DNA from: Lama guanicoe
Taxonomy: Eukaryota
Direction of reading: 5' to 3'
Length of the DNA: 64,000 nt
NCBI GenBank assembly: GCA_013239625.1
Contig: MU054823.1
Location: 276,305-340,304 of the forward strand
Within the stretch, counting starts at the first letter, position 1; each line of letters opens with the position of its first letter. Positions 25,201 through 37,200 of the stretch are shown in pieces. A program made the translations under genes and the position numbers. The notes under the pieces are model-generated. The model searched no databases and was not told where the DNA came from. It saw only the letters and a list, made by a program, of their open reading frames with translations.

Positions 25201-28200
25201 GGAAAAGCCCTGCTGCAATCAGATAGCCGGCCCTCATCTCTGGAGGCGGCCACGGCAGCGGTGACGGGACAGCCAGAGGCCACTCCCAGGCACCCAGAAC
25301 ACACCAGCTCTGCACCCTGTGGCCACTGGAGGCCAGCACACCCATGGGCCCCTCAGGAATGGCTCGGGCAGCTCGGTCTCCCCTCCACTCACCAGCCAGA
25401 CTGTGGAAAGGCCCCACCAGCATCCCTCAGGCACATGGCCACAGGGGCATGCCTATGTGTTCCTGGCCAGGATCTGCAGGGGCCAGCACTGCGGAAGGAT
25501 GAGTGGACACGTGCACCCGTGCGCACACACACGCACATGCACACACATACACGGCATGCACACCTTTGTAACAGAACCGGGGTCCAGGGGTGGGGGGAAG
25601 ACCCCAGGCCCTAGTGGGGGGATCTGACGGGCATCACAGCCCAGGCCAATCCACGGCCCTGCATGGGCCACTCAGCACCTCCTTGGCAGGACGGGCAAGA
25701 GGGAGTGGTCTGCCTGGCCCAGGGCCTCGCGCCCACAACAGGAAGACAGGATGGGCACCGGTGGGGGTTTCCAGTAGCACTATCATCTGGACCCGGGGAC
25801 CAGCCTCTGACAAACATTTACTGACCACCCAGTCACCGTGGCAGCCTGTGGCAGCCCAACAGGGCCATACGTCACCAAGCTGCTGTCGGTACTGCCACAA
25901 GAGGAGCGTGGGCAGCTGGGTGATGACAAACAGTTGCTGTCAGCTGCCTGTCCCCCTGGCCGCATTCTCTGTTGTCTCACACTACCTGGTGTTTGATGAC
26001 AACACTGTCAGCCCGAGACGCACGCGGCACCAGGGCTGTCAGGCCCTATTAGAGGAAAGATTGAGACCCTACTCTCCTCAAACTCACTCAAGCAACACAA
26101 GCCGCTAGTTCCTGTAATTACTGTGCGCGAGCCATCGATCGCACGCCGACGCTGGCCCGTCTGCACGAGACGGGAGTAGTCTGCTCCCTGACAGGCGCTG
26201 TACGTTATGAGGGGCAGGCCTTCCCTCCCCTTTCACCCATCGCTCTGAAGGATGGAAGAGGGGAAAGTGCACACCTCCCAGCCCCACCCGCAGGCCCTGG
26301 GCCAGGGCTGGGGCAGGGAGCCCCAGCGCACCTTGGTGGTTGGAAGGCGCACCCCAGAAGGCCAACAGGCTAGCACATGTGCAGTGAGGGGGATCCCGGT
26401 AGGGGGCAAACAGCCTGAGCAGAGCCCACATGTGTAAGAGGCAGCCGCACCCCCAGCCACGCACTCCCAGGTGAAGGCAGGGAAGACAGCACAGGCAGAC
26501 AGCTCGCCCTCCCAGGACACCCCAGAGACAGGACCAGGCCCAGTACACGCTGATGAGCAATGTCCTCCTGACACAGGCTTGCCCAGGGCAAAGCTGGTGC
26601 TCACCACCCCCCCAGCAGACCAGGTATCCTCTGCCAGCCTGGGCCATGCCCTGTCGGCACCCAACCCGCAGGGAGCCAGGACTCCAGCAGGTACAAGGGG
26701 TGCCTGTGTCCAGGACAGCAGGCGAGGTGTCCATGGATGTACTGATGCACGCACCCCGGGACCTAGCAGGTGAAGGGATGCACACATGTGTGCGGGGTGG
26801 GGCCAGTGCCTGTTAGAGACAGGATGCTGCCAAGTGGCAGGTCCCAGGGCTCGGATCCAGCCTCCCAGAAATGGAGGGCTTACAGCTGGGGGGCTAACCC
26901 TGGTCCCCTCCTCCCCTCGGCCCTGGGTCATGGGGCAGGACTGGGCCTTCCTGTTCTTGGAGCCCAGCCCTGACCTCAGTGACCCTTGGGGCCCCTCAGT
27001 TCTTCAGCAGCTGACTGGCCACTCCTGTCCTCACGCGGCCCTCTGATCGGGCCTCCCGGCCCTTGCCAGACCCTGGCCGGCAGCTCGCGGTGCTGGGCTA
27101 TCAGTCGTCTGCAGCCCGACACCAAGCCAGGCCTGCTGTCTCACTGCCTCTTCTGCTATTGCAGTCTGAGGTCTACTTATTACTCACACAAGGTCAAGTG
27201 AACATGGACGTGAGAAAGCTTAGAAAGAGAACAGTGAAAATGCAGTGTTTAAAAGCGACTGCAAACCACGGGAGAGGCCAGAGAGGGAGTGGACCTCCAT
27301 GCTCAACAAAAGCCACCCCGGAGGCCAGGGGGCTGAGGAAAGGACGCCTGAGCGGCACCCACACCCGTATGCCCCTTGCACAGAGCTCGCTCAGTCATTC
27401 AACAGACATTCGGTGAGCCCACTGTGTGCTGGGGAAGCGGTAGGGAGCACAGCAAGACCCCCACCCCTGCTCAGGTCAGGCGAGCCCCCTCCGCTCCTCC
27501 TGGGAAGGGTGGGTCCCTCGCGGCGCACAAGAAGAGGCAGCAGCAGCACCTGCGCTATCGGCTCAGAAGGCTGACAGGGTCCTCACCGGCACCTGGGCTG
27601 GGCAGGGCCTTCCCACCCAGGGTTCCGGGGCTCTCAGGGGCAGCACCACAGGAAGCACCTCAGCTCATCTCGAGATGATCCCATTCCCTGCCGGGTTCCC
27701 AGGGGCTCAGCCTCAGTGCTGCCTGCCCACGGGGGCCCTGAACTCTCTGTGGTCCAGGTGGGACCAAGCACAGAGGTGGGGGCGGCCTGCCGGGAACCCC
27801 GTCCAGGTAAACGTGGAGCCAGCCACAGTGCCCCTCTGCAGGTGCATGCTCAGCCCGGCCCCCACCTGCCAGGGGACAGGAAGTGAAGCTGGCCCAGCAG
27901 GAGAGGCAGGCCAAGACCTCACGCAAGGCCTCCATACCTACACTACGGCTGGGGCTGACGTGCCGGGGTGCAGTGGCCAGAGGCCTCTGCCTGGGGGAAT
28001 CAGGTGCCAGCCAACACCCAGCCCCGCACTGGGTCTGCTGCTGTGTGGTCTCTGCCCTCGTGGGACGGCAGCCCTCCGTCATCACTATGCCCCTTCATTC
28101 GGGGGTCTGGCCCAGGCACACCAGGAGGGCAGAGGAGGTGGCCTGGAAGGGGTATTCACCCCTGACCAGGCTGAAACTCCAGAAGGCCAGGGCCCTGGGG

Positions 28201-31200
28201 AGAAACGAGGGCTCCCAAGTCCAACAAGGAGAGACGAGGGGCCACAGCTATGCTCCCCCGGCAGTGCCAGGGCCCCCATGCGACCCGCACCAGCGCAGGG
28301 AGGTGACAAAACCTAGTCTGTGAAGTGAAGGCCCACTTGACCCACCTTGGCAGCTCCTTCTGGGGGCTTTGGGTGGGTAGGAAAGTGCTGGAAAGAGCCC
28401 ACCAGTCTCAGATGGTCAGACACCCCATGTTCCAAGCTATGGAGACGGAAAAGGCCCCTGGACACAGGCCTGACGACCACTGCTGCTAAAGGGCGTTGGG
28501 CAGAGCCCCCTCAATGGGAGCTGACAGTCATGCTAACTGGTGCCACAGGACAGGCACTGGTGAGCCTGCCTCCACCCTGTTGACCCCCAAGAACCCCCAC
28601 CCTCTCCCCCAGGGCGGGAGCACACAGGGGCCCTAGGAACCATAGCTCCCTCCCGCCCCACTTCACAGGGGCAGAGTCTGGCCAGCTTCCACAGGGGCTG
28701 GGTGGCTGCCCCGTGGCCTACGGTCCCAGCTTCACTATGTGGCCCAAAGCTGGCAGTCCCTGCGAGGGCAGTGCGTCCTGCTCGCCATGCCTGGCCTCCT
28801 TCGGGATCCCTGCGCTGCTTTCTCGGAGTCAGGCCAGAGACGGACGCTTTCAAGAGAGCCTGGGAATAACCCCTCTATAAAAGGCAGCGGCCACGAAGGG
28901 AAAACCACCAGTCCCTCCCGAGCGCCAGGCCGCCCAGACTCTCCCGGCCACTCACCAGCTCCTCTCTGGGGCTCCTCTGGCCTTTCTGGTGGCTGGGTGC
29001 GGGTAGAGCTGCAGCGCAGGGGCAGCGAGCAGCCGTGGGGGGGCCCCTGGTGCTGGGCGTGCCCCAGCCTCACTCAACCCGGGGCCCTCTTGGACAAACA
29101 GTCCCGCCACGGCAGCAGGAGGGCAGCGCCAGGGCCACGTTTCAGAACGTTTCAGGTCGCATTACAGTTTCAAGTGCACCTGACAACTGCCCAGCAGAGC
29201 GGAGGCAGCGAGGGGGCAGCACAGACTGGCCAGCCAGGGAGGGAGCGAGGGCCTCCCCCACCCTCAGCTCAGGGGCAACCACAGGGAGGAGCTGGGGCAC
29301 CACAGGCCTTGCCTAGAGCTGCATGGGCACCATCACACTCAAGGATGGGCCTGTCCCCTCTCCTCTGTGTCCTCCAGCCCTGGCACAGGACACAGCCACA
29401 GAGCCAGCAGCAGTGTCAGCCTCAGTGACACATCCCAAGCACAGAGCCAGCAAAGAGGCCCTCCTGGGGCCACACAGGCGAGGACCAGCGGCTGTCCTGG
29501 GGACCCCGAGAAAGGGGCTCAATGCAGCCCACCTGCTAGTGGGAGATAGGGCTCCTCCTAAAGACAAGGGCCCACCTCCTCCAGCTCGCGCTGCCCTCTG
29601 ACTTCTGCAGCCGCCTGGCCCAGCCCAGCCCTCACGCCCACTGTACTTGCCTGTCTCCTGGGGTACCAGGGCCACAGAGGTACAGGCAAAAGGCACACAA
29701 GAACGGACCACAGTCCTGAAAGTCTAGGTGCTACAGGGCGCGGGCCTGGCCGGGGAGAAGTATGTCCTCCCGCTGGCTGTGCGCCCTGCTCAGAGGCGAC
29801 CCCGGACCAGGCCTCGCTCCCCAGGGCCGGGCAGGGCAGGCACTGCAGGAGGCACTTGGGGCATGGCTGTTTGGGAGAACAGAAATCAGGTGCACACGGT
29901 CACCCCAGGATCTCCCACATCTGCCTGCTGGGCCCAGCGCTCTGGCAGGCAGAGCCATCAGCGCACCCTGATGCCCACCCCACATGCCTCCCCAGCCCAC
30001 GGCGAGCCGGGGCCAGGCAGCTGCCCTACTGCGCCCTGGTGCACAGAGCAGGGAGCAAGCCGATCTGGAGGCACCCCGGAAGCAAGCCACCTCACTCCCC
30101 GAGGCGCCTCACGCCCCTCCCAGCGCCCATCCAGAAGGTATTCATGCCCCGCGGGGACTCCCGCGACTGCAGACACAGGCTGCTCTACAGGACGACCTGC
30201 TGCGTCCTGGGGACCACCTTCTTGCTCAGGGGGCCATGTGCTGCCAGCCACTGTGCCTGTGCCTGTCCCAAAGCCACCTCCACACGCTAGGCTCAGGACA
30301 GTGGCCACTGTCACAGCCCACACCGCTGTGTGTTCTCCGCAGACTGCCGCCTCTACCGCGGACCCAGAGCCAGAGCTGCGCACACCACCACTTAATCGCT
30401 AGGCCGCTGATGCGGAAAGGGCAATTAGGAGAAAAGCTGCCAGAAGCTACACAGGGTGCGTAGCTTGAAACACGCCATGAGAAGGAAACACAACGGCTCC
30501 AGAATTAATTTAGAAAGCGCAGGCCCCGCGGAATGACGACAAAGGAGCTGGCACATGCTGGGGGACGGGACCGGGATGGGGCCCAGCCCAGAGGGTGCCC
30601 CTAGACCTGCCTGGATGTGCGGCTCTCCCTCCCGGGCACAGCCAGCCGGGGGACAGGGCCAGCCATTCCAGGCTGCCGCGCAGAGGGCACTAGGCAGCCC
30701 CAAGGCTGTCAGGAGGCTCCCCATCCACAGACGGGCAGGAGAGGGAGAGGGGCAGCGCATCCCTTAGGTGGCCACCACACCCAAAACTGACAAGATGGGG
30801 GAGGGAGTGAGTGTGCAAGGGACAAGGCCCCTGCAGACACCCCAAAGCATCCCAGCTCCCTCAGTGCAGACCAGAACAGGCCCCAGAGCAGGTGGCCAGC
30901 ATGAAGCAGGCCCAAGGCTGCTCCCCCAGCACAGCTGTAGCAGGTGGGAACAGGCCACCAGGCACAGGCAGTCAGCGGCCTGTGCCTGGCCTGGAGAGAG
31001 CACTAGCCCCAGAACCCGTGGGCGGGGGCTGGGCGGGGGTGCCAGCCCAGCCTGGGATCTGCCTGGAGAAGGTTCAGTCTCAGGGGAAGAAGAGCCACTT
31101 TCCAGGCACATGAGAGGAAACAAGAAGGCAGGAAGGCCCCACAGACACCTGAGCCTTTCCAGGGTCACAGGATCTGCCCAGATGCTCCAACGGCTGAAGG

Positions 31201-34200
31201 GTGCAATCCTTCTGCAGAAGGCCACGTGGCCCACGCTTTCCGGGACAGCTGAGCCCAAAGCTCTAGTGCCCCTCCATCGGCAGAGCAATCAGCGGGGGCC
31301 CCAGCAGGATGGGAAGCAGAGGGTCTCAGCTCAGACCCCAGGGGAGGCCCATCCTCGGTGCCTGTCTTGAGTGGGCTCCATCCGGGCCAACACGCTCTCA
31401 TGAAGACATGGGATGGGGGGACAACCCAAGGGACACAGCCCTGGAGGCTCCAAGCAAGTGCACCATTGTCCACTGCCCACCTGCCGGCTGGCTCTAGGGC
31501 AGCAAGCCCTTCCTGCCTCCGTGTCCCGGAGCCCACGACCCTTCCAGTCACCCCACAAGGGGACAGGGGACCTCAGGTACACAGAGCTGGGTGCTGGTGT
31601 CACCAGGTCCTGCTCTTTGCCCAGTGCCAGGATCAACAGCCCGCACAAACCAGCAGAGCTCCCCCTGCCAAGGTGGTCCTGCCCTCAAGGGCCAAGAGGA
31701 GGGTGCCCTGAGGCAGTCAGCCCCACACGAGGTCCGCGCTAAACCAGAGACACTTCGCCGCTCCCTGAGCACCCTGTGCACCAGGCCCACTGCCTACGGC
31801 CAACGTGAAAGTCTGAGGCTCTCCCTGGGGCCCCCAAGGGCCCTGTCAGCACAAACACTGCCACCTCGGCTGTCCCTCACCTCCACTTAGCAACTCCGCC
31901 CCAGGCAGGGTGCACCCTGGGCCCCACCTGGCCTCCACCGCCAAGGCCCTCCCCCAGGCTTGGTATCCTGATGCAGCATGGCTGCCAGAGTCCTCTCCAG
32001 GCCTGGAGCAAGGGCAGGGAGAAGCCTGCAGGAATAAGGCCACCATCCACAGGCCCACAGGCTGTCCTGTTGACATTACACCCAGAGACCTCTCAGAGGC
32101 CACGGGTCAGTGAGCCCCTCCTTTCCCCCAATGCACAGGTCACTGGGGATCGCAAGGAGCCACCCTTCCTTCCCAACCAATCACACAGGGGGCGGGGGGA
32201 AAGTGGGCCTCTATGCAGGGCTGGGTGGAGGGGGCTCCCACTGCCCTTCAATCACCCTCCCGCACAGACCTGCATCTTGGGCAACACTGTCAAAGGACAG
32301 CCAGGGTCAGCAGCCCTCCTGGTGTTCCGTCAGCCTACCTAGAACCACCCTGGCAGAGCCCCTCCCTGGGCAAGACACAGCCCCCAGGGACCTGCCTGGG
32401 CCTTCTCACTCCCCACACTGCCCTGACTCTGCAGGTCTGTCTTCCCAGGGACTGCGCACCCTGTCTGGGGGAAGGTGACATCATCCAGCCACAAGTTATC
32501 TCCCGAATTCCATACACAACTTCTGCCACACGATACAAAATAACCAGACACACAAGCAAATCACACTTAACCCAAAACTAAGAAGGGAAAAGCCAGGCAA
32601 TGGGATGAACAGCGACCCAGATAACTGAGCGGTCAGACAGGGACTTCAAAAATGATTATGCGTTCAAGAACTCAAAGACAAGACTGCAGATTTCGGCAGA
32701 GACCCAGTAACCATTTTAAAGGACAAATAATGAAAATCTCAGAACTTAAAAATAACTAAAACTAAGACCTCAATGGATGGATTTAACAACAGATTATACA
32801 AAACTGGACAGACAATAAGTAATTTTGAGAACAGGTAGGAGGAAACTGTCCAGATTTAAGCCTGGAGAGAAAAGTCACAGAAGACACAGGAAAGAGCACA
32901 GAAAACATGTAAGATACGGTGAAAAGGTTCGGTGCAGACGCAGCAGAGATCGCAGGAGGAGAGGTGGGGATGGAGCAGAGGCCATGCTTGGAGACAGAAT
33001 GGCTGGGAATTTTCCAAATTTGACGAAAATTGATAAGCCGCAAATCCATACAGTATGGCGACTGCAGGCAGGGTAAGTGAAGCCTGCAGGAGGCGCCCGG
33101 AGCACAACTGCTGGAGACCAGGGACAGACAAAGCCCCGCGCAGACCAGGGCGGGGGCCCGTCACCGGCCACCACGGGACAGTCTCTCCCCAGCGGCTCCC
33201 AACTAAGACACTCTGCAGAGAGCGGCGACACAGATGTCTCAGGGAAACATCTATGGAAAGCAATGGTCCCCAGCACCCCTGCGACACCAAGGAAACATGA
33301 AGACATGTTCCCAAACGCAGGAGAGGAAGGGACGGAGAGGGGTGGCGCAGTAAACACATGGACGAGTCCACTGCACACTGCGCTTGCAAGGTCTAGGACA
33401 CACAGAGTTAACATCACAACAGTTCCCGTGCTCGTGTCGAGGGAAGAGAGGAGAGTGGGGCCTGGGGACTCCGAGCTCCTCCCACTGTCAGCGGAGGGTC
33501 AGACGATCATTACTAAGTCCAGAAACAGTGAGTCGAGGATGCACACTACCACCTCTGTGGAGACCACTGCGGAGAGGAATAAAAAAATGCATTATAAGCT
33601 AACTGAGAAAATGCAATAAAAATACACCCAAAACAAGAAAAACAAAAAAAAAGAAGAGAAAAAAGCAGAACAGGTGGAACAAAGCGAAAGCACACAGCAG
33701 TATGCATGTTTAAACCCAAGTACATCGATCGCTGCATCACGTGTGAATAGGCAAAATCTCTTAGACAGACAAACGCAGGCCATTTTTAACTCTTGGGTTG
33801 AACCACCTTCACTTCTCAAAGGTGTACTGACTTTTGCTTTACTAATAAAATCCTTTGCTTATTAAAAAAAAAAACGAAAGAAAGACAATCTCAAACTGTA
33901 CTTAAGAACCACCTACTTGCTGGATACAAAAAAAACCCCCCAAAACCATAGCCGTACTACAGGAAGGCTGACCGTACACGCGTTCCCACGCGCCACGTAA
34001 CATTTGCATGGCGTGTGAGCGCACGTGTGCACACGCACATTCTGCAACACTCCCAGTGTAGCTGTACTCATGTCAGAGAAAGAGGACTTCAAGGCAAGAA
34101 GTGTTACTGGAGATAAAAGAGGACATTTCACAACAGTAAAAGATTCAATCCACCAGAGAGATATAACAACTCTAAACGGTCTGCACGCAGTTAAGCGACC

Positions 34201-37200
34201 TCAAAATATTTAATGCAAGAGCGACAGCTGGAGAAATGAACACATTCACTGGCACAGAGGAAGATTCTGCACTGCCTCCCCATGACTGTGGGGAAAACAG
34301 ACTCCCTCCCGGCCCATCAAATCAGTGCACATACAGAAGGTGTGAACAACACAATTAACACCATTTTCCTCACAGAGCCCCACACTCACCAACCGGCATC
34401 ATTCCTTCCAAGTGGACACGAGAGCTTTACCAAAACTGACCCTAAGCTGGGCCTTAAAACAAGTCTGGGCAGACTTCAAAGGACTGAAATCACACAGATG
34501 GCACGCAATCCCCAGGGCATTGGAAATGAAGCACCCCTTTCTGAATAACCCTCGATCAAAGAAAAACTCGAAATGAAAACTAGAAAAACTTCAGAGAAAA
34601 ACATAAACAATTAACTTGCAGAAGACAGCTAAAGCTATGCTCAGGTAGGAACTTATAACCTTTTACCTGCATATTTTAGAAAATAGGAAAGCCTGAAGGA
34701 CAACGGGCGTCCTGTGTGCTCAGTCTGATCTCAGGCCCACTGGCCCGCACAGGCAGCTCTGACCCTGAAGAGCAGCCCCCGCCCCGGCCCCCGCTCCCAG
34801 GCTGCCTGTGCCCCTCGTCGCCCTTTGGGGCACTGACTCAGGACCCAGACTCGAGCGTGCACACACCAGCCGGCCCCGTGTCCAGGGCAGCAGGAAGGCA
34901 ATGTGGCCCTGTAATGCCTCCACCTGCTGCCCTGCCCTCACCAGCCGAGTGGACAACCGTGTGGGGGCAGCAGCCTGAGCCAGATGCGGACAACAGACCC
35001 CCACCACACCTGGCACCTTCTTCCTTTAAGTTGCAGGGAGTAGGGAGAGCTGGTCTAAACAGAGCTCCCTGGGGAAACATGATTCTGTAGTTCCTTTTGG
35101 AGATGCCACCTCTGGGCCCAAGGCCTGCTGCCCACCTTGGGGCCCCAGGCTCCACGCAAACAGAGAAACAAGGGAGAGCCACTCTGGCCCAAACCACTGG
35201 CTCTCGGTCTTGGAGGGAGGGTCCATTGCATCCTTGCTGGCTCTGGCACAGGCCCAGGCTGAGGTGAGAGGGACAGGGGTCCCCGTGACGGTCCCTGGGG
35301 AGTGATGGTGTCTCACCTGCTCCTCCCACAGGGCCGGGCACCAAAGACGCAGCCTCAGAGCAGTCCCTGAAAGGACCCTCAGGTGGCAGAGCCGACAGGA
35401 GGGGACGGGCCACAGGACGGCCATCCTCTCCCATCTTAGCTACTGCTCCTCCCCAGAAGCCTGGACCAGAAGGTCCACCCTGGGGACACCCCTGCCATGG
35501 CCTGCCTGGTCTTCCTCCCCTGCCCAGCTGTCCCAGCAGGAAGGAGATCCACCCAGGGTGGTCAGGCCGACACAGGTCCTGCCTCCCAGGCAGCTCCCAG
35601 CGCCATCCCCAGGACTCATGTCCCTGAGTGATGACCTGGCTGCCCTGGCTCGGGCATGTTCCCAGGGTGTTTCAAAGTCAGGGCAGAGGGCTGTCATCAG
35701 CCTGTCCTGCAGAGGAGGAAAGAGAGGCAGAGAGGCCAACTGCCTGCTGAGGCCACAGTCACCCAGCACAGTTCAAGGCTGCCTACCAGCTGGGCACCTC
35801 CCTGCAGCTGGCACCGGGTCTCCGTGCCCGGCTTGCTTAGCTCCTGGACAACCCGCTGGGGTTCTGTCACTCAGGACACAGACACAGCAGCCAGCCTGGC
35901 CATCAGTCTGCACCAGATTCTCACTGAGGGACGGGGCAGACTCCTGGATGGGCAGTGCTGGCCTCCGTGCCCCTTCCCAGGCCCGCCTCCTCAACCATCT
36001 GGATGTCCTTGGTCACAGCAGCCCCTGCGCCAGCCATCCCTGCCTGGGAATGCCAGGCTCCCTCCCACCCCTTCCCCACTTCAGAGGTGATGCCCAGCAT
36101 CTGCACACAGCCTAGTGGCTGGACACCCCGGAGGTGTGGCTCTGAAGGCCACACAAGGGTGCACAGGCCCACAGCCGGGTGCAGACCGCTGCCCACAGTA
36201 GGGGAGGCCCGAGCCTCCCCAGCCTCACTTGCCACCTCCAGGAAGCAGTCACCTCAAGCTCAGAGCCCAGAACAAATTTAAGTTGTGTCCTTCCCCTCCT
36301 TCTCCAGGATCAGGCATGGATCAGAGCTCACCGGGCACCTCCTCTGCAGCAATGCAGGGCGCAACAGAGACCAGGAGGACAGAGGTGACAGGAGGCGGTG
36401 GAGATGCAGCGCACGAAGTCCTGCCTCACAGCCAGACTGGTGAGGCCAAAGGGGCTGGGGTCTCAAAATGGCCCCCGGGGCTGGAGAGGCTGCAGGTCAG
36501 GCGCTCCACTCCTTCGTGCCACTCAGACCAGCCCAAGGTGCCCCCAACCTAGGGATCCAGGCCTGCGAGAAGGTGCTCCACACCGTGAGAACGTCACCTC
36601 TCCTTCCAGGCCAGGAGTCGGTGGGTAGGCCGGGGAAGGACGCAGTAGCCCCCCTCTCCAACCTGAGGCTCTGAGCCAGCTGCACCTGACGGGCACACGC
36701 ACTCCCACGCCGCCCTTGTGGAATAATTCATTGGCAAGGCCACGACAGACGTAAAAGACAGGCCGAACAGTCCATGCCAGGCTCGAGCCGGCCGCGTCTG
36801 CCTCTCACAGGGCAGACGGCAGCCCCTCTATTTCCCCTTAGGAAGCACGGTCCAGACTGAACCGCTCTCACGTCCTTCCCCGCATCCAGCGAGCACGCCA
36901 CGGCGGGGAACTCCAGCAGCGAGAAGAGCGGCGGGGACAAGAGGCGCCACCCAGGCTAGCACCCGCTAAGCCCACCCTAAGCGCCTGCCTGCCCGCCCAC
37001 CCCCTCAACCCACACAGCCATGCCCAGGAGATGACCCTTGACCCCCACCCAGACGTGGAAACGGAACACGGCAATGCCAGCACCAGCCTGGAGGCTCAGA
37101 GCAGGGCCCCCAGCACTTCGGGAGCCCCAGACTGGAGCACTGGGCAGGGTGGGGACACCACGGAGCCACTCAGCCCTGGTCCTGCGTCCTCTCTTCCCTA

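Noticed and set aside
28876-28883. TATAAAAG box in intron 3
   Set aside because: No supporting CpG island, initiator or downstream exon structure.
32783-34548. ORFs within the L1 region
   Set aside because: Frameshifted, stop-riddled relic of an old LINE-1; not an active element or host gene.
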